Shown here one piece after another: positions 38,911 to 51,700 of a stretch of DNA of 64,000 bases (position 1 is its first letter; every line of letters starts with the position of its first letter). Both the position numbers and the translations under genes were made by a program. Source of the DNA: Haliotis rubra. Taxonomy: Eukaryota. Under the pieces are notes generated by a model that saw only the letters and a list, made by a program, of their open reading frames with translations, was not told the origin of the DNA and did no database searches. The DNA is taken from NCBI RefSeq assembly GCF_003918875.1, contig NW_025767681.1, forward strand, positions 1 through 64,000. The letters are read 5' to 3'.

Positions 38911-39479
38911 CCCGTATAAGGATACCCTATGAGCGTGCACTCATAACATACACAGTTCACTGATAACATCAATATCCGAACAAACACAATAATAGGTAAA
39001 AACGAAACACTGTCAGATGCAGTTTAGCGAACTTAACCGAACGTAACCGAATATAACAGTGAGCTGTTTTACACTTTTGGAGGAACATGAATATATATCC
39101 AGATAAATTGATCAAACCGTTCCCTCGTCTCTATGGCTATCGAGATTCACTCGCCCTATCACGTGTGTTTTGTGTCCGTTTCAAATAGTCGTGTTTGTTG
39201 TATAGGCTGACCAAATAAGTTTACTTCGCAGTCAACAGAAACATCTACTTTCCTCATAACCATAATGCAGAAAACATTTCTCTATTAGCTTGATCTGCGA
39301 TTTGTTTAATTGCTTTTCCAACTAAATAATACTCATAAATTAATACATTCCTTAACAATTACGCAAACAGAATAAAATTATAATGTTTCTGGACACGTCC
39401 CTTAGAAAGTGTTAACATCTTGGAATTTCGTATGTTCCCATATGTTACTATAAAGTGCGAACATATCTGAGGTGTTTTG

Positions 39480-40270
39480 TAGATGTTCTGCAGTTTCTGC
39501 AAAGAGGACAGTGTCGTCAGCGTACAGACGTAGCAGGGGTTTTACAGATATAGTATCACGTGTTTGGCAATAAGTACATTTTACACAAAACCAAATGTTT
39601 TCCCATAGACTTCTATAGTAACGTTAAAATTTTTTGAGAAAATCATCCAGGCTGTCAACAGCCATTCCATGTACACATGGGTACAGCCTGGCATTTAACT
39701 ACAATAAAAACAAAAATTTCGGCTAGCTTATCCTGTCGATTTTCCCACCACAGGTAGCTGAACACATCAACCCCAGCTCCGCACCAAATGTCACCTACTG
39801 GAAAATACCTGACACACATTAAGCATAAGTCATGGTGATAAAAATGGCTGCACTAAATACTTAAACTTGTGATCAGTTTTAATTACTGGAAAGATGTGCT
39901 TTTTGAAAAAAATACAACGCTTACACTATTTCATCCAATCAGAGCTGACACATGTCTCTATCTGGTCAGAAGTTTACACACGACACTTGCTCAGCGAGCA
40001 AGTGATTCTGATTTAGTGTAGTAGAATCTACATTGACACTGTATATACCCTATACCTGGTTGTCACGTACAAACTCTTCCAGGTCGTTGATGTACAGTGC
40101 AAATAAAAACGGATTTTCAATTTTCAACCTGAAAGCTGATAGGCACTGGAACTCCTTTGCTGACTATGAACATGTACAGGGTACTGTTCTCTAATAATGC
40201 TAATTAAAACCTTTTAGATAATTTGACGAAACGTTTGCCAGAGATATTAAACGCGTGATTAGAGGCTATT
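39480..40270 (-). mobile_element. Highly decayed non-LTR RT remnants (RTE/CR1-like)
   Basis: The minus strand gives LYADDTVL (~39530) and PFLFALYINDLE (~40100). Confidence 0.55.
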
Positions 40271-40462
40271 TGGTGGGATGCACTTCTCGAGGGTAAGTCG
40301 GCGATATGTATGAATATATTTTATGACTCAAAACGAATGACGGTTCCTTCGTTAGGAAAACAGCGAGTGTCATGCATGAAGTCAGGCTGGGGTTACAATG
40401 AACACTCTATTCGACAACGATGTTAGTGTATTTTTAGTCAAAGGTAAAGGAGACACTTGATG

Positions 40463-40958
40463 TGAGGTCGACGGCTGAAGGGATAACATCCCTGTACACA
40501 TCTCTCTAGGCAACAGCAACAAGAACACAGGGTAAACCTGGTCTCATTGTACAGAATGTATCATATAACAGTCCATCGCCAAATGTGTGATCTGAAACCA
40601 TCTGAAGATTTGAGGTCGACGGCTGAAGGGATAACACCCCTGTACACATCTCTCCAGGCAACAGCAACAAGAACACAGGGTAAACCTGGTCTCATTGTAC
40701 AGAATGTATCATATAACATTCCATCGCCAAATGACCTGGTCTCATTGTACAGAATGTATCATAGAACATTCCATCGCCAAATGTGTGATCTGAAACCATC
40801 TGAAGATTTGAGGTCGACGGCTAAAGGATAACACCCCTGTACACATCTCTCCAGGCAACAGCAACAAGAACACAGAGTAAACCGGGTCTCATTGCGCAGA
40901 ATGTATCATAGAACAGTCCATCGCCAAATGTGTGATCTGAAACCATCTGAAGATTTGA
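40463..40958 (+). repeat. ~148-bp tandem repeat (3 copies plus an internal partial duplication)
   Basis: gaggtcgacggctgaagggataacacccctgtacacatctctccaggcaacagcaacaagaacacagggtaaac is repeated. Confidence 0.9.
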
Positions 40959-42747
40959 CATTTTATCTACCAATACCCATCAAGGGACACAAAATATGGT
41001 CTTGTTTGTGAACGTGTCATCTGTTGTGTATCTTGAATTTGTCCACTTTTTCAAGATGGACACAAGTGTAGCAGTTTTGTTGTTCTGCTGTTTTACACAT
41101 GTTTCGATTATCGTGTATATCGTATAATCATCGTTAGTTCAAATTACCATCGAAGACAATAATTTCTATCACAAGGCCAGAAAGAGTGTTATCCGTTAAA
41201 TGTCTATATTGCATTTTACACGTACAGAAGCATGGCAAATATCAGAAACGATTTCTACAAGGTGATTTATTTAGTCGGACAGCTGATTATGGTTCAAATG
41301 TGAAATCATAATATGACAGATTTCAAGTGTGCTTACATCTCTAAGTACTATGTTTTAAATGGGAATTACTAGTGATCCCCATGTGAAGTCACAATGAATC
41401 ATGTAATCCATATAGCGCTACCTATTCCCTCAAACTGCTGTGTTAGGTGACGCATAATATACGAGTAAAGTCGGCGTAGTCGTAAATATCTTGTCAACAT
41501 AAGGCTTCATGCGGGCCACACAGTTACCTGTTCCTTTGTCAGGCTGGCATACTGAAGTGACTCGGGTATATTTACCAACCAGGAAGTAAACGTAACATAA
41601 CATGGTCTGACCTCACAACACAGGTAGAGGAAAGATATCATCCACGAGCCCAGATACAAAGGTGAGACAATATACTGACTCATGATTCAAACAGAAAACT
41701 TTCCTGATAATTTACCTATTCTTCAACAATATCTGGACTATTTTATACAACTACTCTATGCCTGTTTACATATATCTGCATGGGTAACTAGCTTCCAACT
41801 GTCATCTGCTGACATCGATATTCAGCATGCTAAACTGAACCGATAAGTTAACAACCAATACGTGTGATCTGCCACATAAGTCAAAACCTCCTTTGGTAGA
41901 TCAGTCAGGACAGACTCCAACAAATAGGTCGATATAGTACGAGTTATGGTAACACATAATATACCCCATGCAAGGCCCTACGACACCTGCTCTGTCACAT
42001 CTATATATTGTTTTGTGAAGTTTAGCTTGGTGATCAGGTTCACCTGGTCACACATTGAAATGTTTGGTTTTCGGAGGCCTGGTTAAATCACAATATAGCC
42101 TGTACATGGAACATGTGCATAGATTCTCATGAAGTGATGAGGTGAAAATATCGAGAAATAAGAGGATCTGTCGAAAGGAACCTATTAGTGTTGTTTACAC
42201 AAAGATAAATATGTCAGTATTCCTTTTCGAAAAAGTCAGTCTCATCGTCTCATTATGACCAGTTACTCGTAAACGGTAATCAGTTCAGTGATATATGACA
42301 TATTGCATATCAATTAGAGAGATAATTTTTAAGATGGGCGCCAGACTGAAACATTCTCCTGAATGAACTATACAGCCTATATTGGGTTCGAGTGTTGGGT
42401 TAACGTCGCTATAAACAGTATTCCAGTTTAATCAGGTCAAGTAAACTCAGAGTGGTAGTAAACGTTGGGGTTGTGTAAATGTCAGGTATGCAGCACTTCA
42501 AACCCACGAGTACAGGCATGGTTGTGGGAAGCCGAGAAACCACAATCAGAGGGCGCAGAGTCGCTCTCAGTAGTCACCGGGCAACGAGACCGTATCAACA
42601 CTTACAGAACATTATCATAATTCATTACTGGACACACTACATGTCTCATATCTTTCATGGTGACGTTTTTTAAATGTCGCAGACCACAACTGAATATGAG
42701 AATGGGTATGCATATTGTTAGTTTACCTTTTCAGAACACTGCTGTCA

Positions 42748-45700
42748 ATGGCGTCCCTTTGGGTTATAGCAACATCTGTGTTTGCAGTTGTCCTGTTGAA
42801 AGGTAAATAAGGATTTAGATTAAAGATATTTTATGAGTATTAGCAAACAAAATCTATTTCTTAATTAAATACTTACTTTGCATCTACTACTCAACATGTA
42901 TCATTTTCACAGACGTACATAGTACGTGCTAGTATCGAGGGCAGGCCCAACGTAAAGGGTGATGGAACATATTGATATTGATGGCATGGTTTTCGGGGTT
43001 TAATAAAGAAGTGTAGAATATACAGATTTGCCTAGACTGTGATCCCTGATTTATCACATGTGCCCGTCAGAGACCTGTCACCTATTCCTTGTCAGATGTT
43101 GGGGCAGCAGTGACTGTATCAGGGTCAGGAGGTACAGGGATACCCAACCAGCAGGCTCTGACACTGAGATGCAGCTACACTGTGACACCTGGTGATATTG
43201 TTGCTTATTTCCAGGTGTTGGGGCAGCAGTGAGTGTATCAGGGTCAGGCGGTACAGGGATACCCAACCAGCAGGCTCTGACACTGAGATGCAGCTACACT
43301 GTGACACCGGGTGATATTGTTACTTATTTCCAGGTGTTGGGGGAGCAGTGACTGTATCAGGGTCAGGAGGTACAGATATACCCAACTAGCAGGCTCTGAC
43401 ACTGAGATGCAGCTACACTGTGACACCTGGTGATATTGTTACTTATTTCCAGGTGTTGAGGGAGCAGTGAGTGTATCAGGGTCAGGAGGTACAGGGATAC
43501 CCAACCAGCAGACTCTGACACTGAGATGCAGCTACACTGTGACACCTGGTGATATTGTTACTTATTTCCAGGTGTTGGGGCAGCAGTGACTGTATCAGGG
43601 TCAGGAGGTACAGGGATACACAACCAGCAGACTCTGACACTGAGATGCAGCTACACTGTGACACCTGGTGATATTGTTACTTATTTCCAGGTGTTGGGGC
43701 AGCAGTGAGTGTATCAGGGTCAGGAGGTACAGGGATACCCAACCAGCAGGCTCTGACACTGGGATGCAGCTACACTGTGACACCGGGTGATATTGTTACT
43801 TATTTCCAGATGTTGAGGGAGCAGTGACTGTATCAGGGTCAGGAGGTACAGGGATACCCAACCAGCAGGCTCTGACACTGAGATGCAGCTACACTGTGAC
43901 ACCTGGGGAAGTTGTTACTGAGTACACATGGAGGAGGGTGGAGCGCAGCTCTACAGTGAACATAGTCAGTGGATCAGTGACTGCTCAGACAGCTCGATTC
44001 TTTGACTCCTGGGAGAACAAGGGCGTGTTTGTTGGCGACTACACCTCCTCCCTCGACATCCAACTACCTGCCAGTCACGTGACCTCCAGCTATGCCGGGA
44101 CATACAGGTGTGAAGTGACTTCACTGTCAGGGTCTGATTATGCTGATGTCACTGTCTCTGTGTTGAGTAAGTATGCATGCATCCCAAAAGCATTAATTAT
44201 CAAATGATTGCCTGTTTCATCAATATAACATTTTTATTAAATATGTGACACAATCGTATGTTTGATCCGTAAACTTGACAAAGTTCATTGCACTGTGTGT
44301 ATTGATAAAAAAGATAAAAAATACCTAACTGAACGCGAACGATTGTAATATATTGATTACGAAATATACGTTCCAGTGTGGCATATACTGATACGTTCAA
44401 GTGTGGTACTCTAAGAAATAAACACATATATTCTACACATTTTCAGATAGTATTATGGTATCACTATGTGATAATGATTCATAAACAGATGCTCATGATA
44501 TCATCGGATTCGTACAATCCAGTCTTCTTTGGGCAGAAATGTATGATGGATTAGGATACCTTTATTCATTACCTACCTTTGTTTTCCTGATAATATGATC
44601 CAATGATAAGCTCCATAAAATAACAGATTCATTATATATACCAACTGAGTGCAGATGATAAAACACAGATATGTAATTTAATATGATACATGTACGGATT
44701 ACAGAACCCATGCGCAGAATTCGTGCGTCTTCACTTCAGAAAGTATTATACACATGGTGATTCGGTCAAATTACTCCCTATAGATACATTTCTGAATTAT
44801 AGATATCATCCCTGAAGAATCCACCCGCATTGCTTCAGTATCACTTTATGACGTATAAACTATACCTCACACAACACCTTTCGTGCATCCAGGCATATTT
44901 TTAAGAAGCAATTTGAAATGAAACTACACATACATTGTCTCATATTTCAAAAGATGAATATTTATCATAAGGCATTGTCCTGTGTTTTCATTAACATTTT
45001 TATGCAAAAACATAATTCTTCAACATTAAATGCAATGTACGCTTGTGAACTAGACGTGATTTAAGCATACAGCATACGGAATGTATGTATGTATGCATCA
45101 ACATCTGACCTCCCTTCCACCTGCACAGTGGTGGAGTCAACCCGTTCCTTGATATACATTAGTACCTATACCAGGTTGGAAGGTAATCCTGCGCTGTCAT
45201 CAACAGTCGGGGTTCAGACTCAGCCTCAGTTAGTGCACAAAAGTATTTCACAACATGTCACTGACTACTCACTTCAGTCTCTCCATCTATATCACTCACT
45301 CTAGTATAGCAACTAAATTTGTATATACACAGGTTAACAATCGTCAACTGAATTTAGCAAATTGATTTGTAATCTTTAGATCCACCGTCTATATCTGGAC
45401 TACCATCGACACAGACTGTCACAGAGTTCTCTGACCTCAGGATAGACTGTAGCACCTACACCACACCTGGCAACCCTCCAACAACAACATGGTCTCTAGT
45501 ATGGTGATCTACCTTCAGCTGTTGGCGATATATAGCCTATTTTTATATTGTGTTGTCACCTATAGTTCAAATATTTTAGATTTAATTACTAGTTTTACAT
45601 GTCTAACTGTGATATTCTAGTTGTTTTACTGTCCTTCGTCGGCAGGTTTTTATGATATAGATATATTTTGTTTCAATATCAAATGTTCTCGTCACGATAT

Positions 45701-48700
45701 GGCTGAAATATTGCCGATGTGACGTTAAATCTTAACTCACTCACTCACTCCAACAACAAGCCACACATGGACCTATGGTGGTTCTACTGTCAGTACTGGG
45801 GCTATACTTGACAGAAGGAACATCAGCAGGAGTCAGGGAGGAGTCTACACCTGTACTGCCAGCAACAGCCAGGGATCAGATTCAGACTCAATCAATGTGA
45901 ATGTGCAATGTAAGTAGCCAGTCTTCAGACAATTCTTAAGAGTATTCATTCTCTACCTTAAAACATAGACTATAGTCATATGGCAAGAAATACGATTAAG
46001 CCATGGTCTCGGTTGGCTAAAACAGATACTAATTGGGAAATAGTAGATGATTACACTGCTGTAATTGTTGGCGTATATGTGTTGTTTTGAATCCAGCCAC
46101 ATTATTATATATTATAGCTAAAATGGCTAGAATTATCATTGAAACGCAAACATGTTATGAGAAATGAGCGGGCCACTGTAACTTGATAATGTCCCAAAAT
46201 TGCTTGACGACAGGCCATTATCATGCCCATTGTTAGGTGACGTCATAGGGAGCTCATCTCTTGATGTTCAATCACCTACGGCTCGTTTGAACTTGGGTTC
46301 AATAGTGACGATATGTCAGACTCACATTCGTCCAATGTACCTGTGCTATTAAGCAATTTCTTGTCGGTGCCAACGTAACAATTGTACTATAATTACAACA
46401 TGCAACATTGTAAGCATAGACTGGTAGTATGGGAAAAGGTCAAGGTCGAATGTCGTCACGCTCAATAGTGACGTCATCTGTTTTGTTCTCTGACGTTTCC
46501 ATATCTGAAAAAGTGGGTAAGTGGCCTCCGTCATTTGTTGTTAGCAGTAGATGCTTCAAACCCGATATCGTTTGTTGTTATTATTATATTAAAACTTCTA
46601 TCCATTTTAGCTATAATAACAGTAACGCTATTTTTCAGCATTACACCTATATTCCAGACAGCCCCTACCAGATCTACCTGACCCCCTCCACCTCCTCCTA
46701 CACTGTGACAGAACATCAGGCTCTTCCTTCAATCAGGTGTTCCGCCCTCTGTAGACCCGGATGTAGCTACAGGTGGTTACACAATGGAACAGTCTTCAGC
46801 AGTGGATCCGTGCTCCAGGGACAAGCTGACAGATCCAAGACAGGCTCCTACAGATGTCAGCCTTATAATACACACGGGAGTAGTGACAGTGTTCCAGTTA
46901 ATGTTGATGTTCAGTGTAAGTATATAGTCTACACTGGTGACAGTGTTACAGTTAGTGTTGATGTTCAGTGTAAGTATATAGTCTACACTGGTGACAGTGT
47001 TACAGTCAGTGTTGATGTTCAGTGTAAGTATATAGTCTACACTGGTGACAGTGTTACAGTCAGTGTTCATGTTCAGTGTAAGTATATAGTCTACACTGGT
47101 GACAGTGTTACAGTCAGTGTTGATGTTAGGTGTAAGTATATAGCCTACGATGGTGACAGTGTTACAGTTGGTGTTGATGTTCAGTGTAAGTATATAGTCT
47201 ACACTGGTGACAGTGTTACATTCAGTGTTGATGTTCAGTGTAAGTATCTAGTCTACACTGGTGACAGTGTTACAGTCAGTGTGGATGTTAGGTGTAAGTA
47301 TATAGTCTACACTGGTGACAGTGTTACAGTTGGTGTTGATGTTCAGTGTAAGTATGTAGTCTACACTGGTGACAGTGGTACAGTCAGTGTTGATGTTCAG
47401 TGTAAGTATATAGTCTACACTGGTGACATTGTTACAGTCAGTGTTGATGTTCAGTGTAAGTATATAGTCTACACTGGTGACAGTGTTACAGTTAGTGTTG
47501 ATGTTCAGTGTAAGTATATAGTCTACACCGGTGACATTGTTACAGTCAGTGTTGATGTTCAATGTACGTATATAGTCTACACCGGTGACAGTGTTACAGT
47601 TAGTGTTGATGTTCAGTGTAAATATATAGCCTACACTGGTGACAGTGTTACAGTTAGTGTTGATGTTCAGTTTAAGTATATAGTCTACACTGGTGACAGT
47701 GTTACCATCAGTGTTGATGTTCAGTGTAAGTATATAGTCTACACTGGTGACAGAGTTACAGATAGTGTTGATGTTCAGTGTAAGTATATAGTCTACACTG
47801 GTGACAGTGTTACAGTCAGTGTAAGTATATAGTCTACACTGGTGACAGTGTTACAGTCAGTGTAAGTATATAGTCTACACTGTTGACAGTGTTACAGTCA
47901 GTGTAAGTATATAGTCTACACTGGTGACAGTGTAACAGTTAGTGCTGATGTTCAGTGTAAGTATATAATCTACGCTGGTGACAGTGTTACAGTCGGTGTT
48001 GATGTTGAGTGTAAGTATATAGTCTACACTGGTGACAGTGTTACAGTCAGTGCTGATGTTAGGTGTAAGTATATAGCCTACACTGATGACAGTGTTACCG
48101 TTAGTGTTGATGTTCAGTGTAAGTATATAGTCTACACTGGTGACAGTGTTACAGTCAGTGTTGATGTTAGGTGTAAGTATATAGCCTACACTGGTGACAG
48201 TGTTACAGTTAGTGTTGATGTTCAGTGTAAGTATATAGTCTACACTGGTGACAGTGTTACAGTCAGTGTTGATGTTCAGTGTAAGTATATAGTCTACACT
48301 GGTGACAGTGTTACAGTCAGTGTTGATGTTCAGTGTAAGTATATAGTCTACACTGGTGACAGTATTACAGTTAGTGTTGATGTTCAGTGTAAGTAAATAG
48401 CCTACACTGGTGACAGTGTTACAGTTAGTGTTGATGTTCAGTGTAAGTATATAGCCTACACTGGTGACAGTATTACAGTAAGTGTGGATGTTCAGTGTAA
48501 GTATCATTGTTAGAATACTGGACACATGTGTGTACAGCTACCAACACCCTCAGTCCTTGTGTGGGGACATCTGTAGTGAGATGTGACACTGTGGAGGTGA
48601 CAGTGGATGTACAGTGTAAGTATCATTGTTAGAATACTGGACATATGTATGTACAGCTACCAACACCCTCAGTCCTTGTGTGTGGACATCTGAAGTGAGA

Positions 48701-51700
48701 TCTGACACTTTGAAGGTGACAGTGGATGTACAGTGTAAGCATCATTGTTAGAATACTGGACATATGTGTGTACAGCTACCAAGACAGTCAGGCCTTGTGT
48801 GGGGACATCTGAAGTGAGATCTGACTCTGTTGAGGTGACAGTGGATGTACAGTGTAAGTATCATTGTTAGAATACTGGACATATGTGTGTACAGCTACCA
48901 ACACCCTCAGTCCTTGTGTGGGGACATCTATGTAGTGAGATCTGACTCTGTGGAGGTGACAGTGGATGTACAATGTAAGTATCATTGTTAGAATACTGGA
49001 CATATGTGTGTACAGCTACCAACACCCTCAGGCCTTGTGTGGGGACATCTGTAGTGGGGTCTGACTCTGTTGAGGTGAGTGTGGATGTACAGTGTAAGTA
49101 TCATTGTTAGAATACTGGACATATGTGTGTGCATCTACCAACACCCTCAGTCCTTGTGTGGGGACATCTGTAGTGAGATCTGACACTGTGGAGGTGACAG
49201 TGGATGTACAGTGTAAGTATCATTGTTAGAATACTGGACATATGTGTGTACAGCTACCAACACCCTCAGTCCTTGTGTGTGGACATCTGAAGTGAGATCT
49301 GACACTGTGGAGGTGACAGTGGATGTACAGTGTAAGTATCATTGTTATAGATTAGAACTTCCATCAAGTTTATTTCGTTATAGAAATTCATTATTATCTT
49401 GGGAGTTAAATAAATTTTCGAACAAAATTATATAATTTTATAACAGATTTACCCATTACTCCGACTAATCGTTTGTTTCGGAGTACAGTTATATATAGTT
49501 CAGATTGCAGAAGAGATTTCACACTTTAACATAATGCACTAAAAAAACAAACGCCTCCAAACTGTGATAACATGTTTGGAGATGTCTCTTACACGTCTTC
49601 AAAATGCCGACAGAAGCATGTTCTTATCACCAACATCTTGGTATACCCATACAAAAGCAAAAGCGATATCGAATAACATTTGTCTCACTTACGATGTCCA
49701 AGTGACTTTACCATTCTCATCTAATACTTTGTGCAGAACAGAAGTTATGAGGAATTATCGACTTCCATCTGCAAACCCTCAAGAGGGGTTAAAGTACTGT
49801 AAAATTATTGTCCTCCTGAGAGGGTACGTAAGTCCCAAAACTCTCAAAGTAAATTGCAAACTTACCAGGATTTTGAGCGAAGCATTTTTGTGATTCTAAT
49901 TATGGCTAAATTGTGACTACAATCGTTGGCTCCTGAAGGGATGATGTAAATCCAACTAGGGTTCATGTATCCCATGGTCCCTTGTATGGTGATCAGCCTT
50001 CAGTTGTTTGCGATCTGTTGCCCTTGTTTTAAACTGTATTGTCTTCTTTAATTGGAATGTTTTAGCTTTTCTCACCAGTTTCATATTTATATATGTGATT
50101 CCCTCGTATTTTACTGTCCATCGTCGACAGGTTTTACTCCTCAAAATGTTTTCACTTGTTATTGTATAAATTGTTTTCGTCACGATATGGCTGAGATATT
50201 GCCGATGTGACGTTAAATACTAACTCACTTACTCCATCCGCAAAAGTTTAGTCCAATAGAAAAAAGATATAAAGATGTATTAATGAACAAATAAATGAAA
50301 AAGTAAAAAGGAAAAATCTTTGCAAGAGGTTTACATGCTTTACATCAAGTGTATAATAAGTTACCGTCTATCATCACATGATCCAGTGTCCATGAATAAT
50401 GCTGTGCTACTTTTCTTCCATTTCTAAATACAATATTATTTGTTTATCAAGGTTTACACACAACCCCCATTTCGTGCAACATGTACTAGTATTTAAAACA
50501 TCTAGCTGTCCTTGCAAGGCCCGATCAACCTTGACGTAAAGCTTATCGGCAAATAAGAGTAACATCAGATCTTCAGTAATTTGGGTAACAAATACACCAT
50601 GATAACAAGCACTATACATTTCTAGGGCAAACACATTAATACAGGACATAAAGAGGGCATGGATCAAGACGCACGTTGCCTTACCCCACCAGAGGGTACT
50701 AAAACCCACATCTAGAGCAACCAACCTTTACACCTGCTTTCACTGATCCATACATACTTTTCAACAGTCTGTACATTTTACCATAACATCCTTTTCCTAA
50801 AAGTAAAGATAGCAGTTTTTTCCTGTCAACATAATCAAAAACCTTTCTGAAATCATTGAATGCACAATAGAATTTGCCTTTTGGCTTACAGAGATATTTT
50901 GAACATAATGCCTGTAACATAAATATATGGTCAGTGATAGAGTGTGGGTACATCTGTAGTGAGATTTGAGATCTGACTCCGTGAAGGTGTCATTCACGAT
51001 AGGGTATTTTAATTGATGATATTTAAAAAGGATACAATGGAAGGTCACTCTTTAAAAAAGTATTTCAACTATTTATTGAAAAATCTGAAAACTTGCCCCA
51101 AAAAGAGAATATTTCCACATAACAATATATTTATTTCCAGATGTTCATCTTGATAACGTTGACGCAATTTCAGATCCTGTCAGTATAAGTATGCTTACGG
51201 CCAACTCACTCAGTGGCTCAGTGACAATTAACGAGTCTGACCCAGCTACCTTGAGATGCCAGGTTGACAGTAATCCAAGGTCAGTCATCAGGTTACTGAA
51301 TGGAACAGAGGAGTTGACAAGGGCAGATAACTCTCTGACAGCAACATACGGACTGGAGTCAGCAGACTGTAGACAAAGAGGGAACTACTCCTGTACTGCC
51401 ACCAACAACATCGGGGCACCTGTCACCAAGGAGGTGGAGCTGCTGGTCAAATGTAAGTATTTAATTTTCAGCAACTGTAGGAGATATGTGTCAAGACAGA
51501 ATGTGATTGTCAAGATAGCATAATCATATAGCAATTAAAGGTTTGTATCTATTTAGGTATCATGTGGGGCGATGGGGGCAACATCAACAATTTACGACAA
51601 GACTGGAGTCGGAAAAAAATCATTCTTTTGATGCGTTTAAAGCAAGTATATGCTGCTCATATAAGTTCAAATTAGCTTCCAATCTTTACTATTTGTGGTA

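Noticed and set aside
43078-43902. Series of minus-strand 60-aa ORFs (also 5889-6738, 23187-23853, 46777-48525)
   Set aside because: These are antisense translations of minisatellites.
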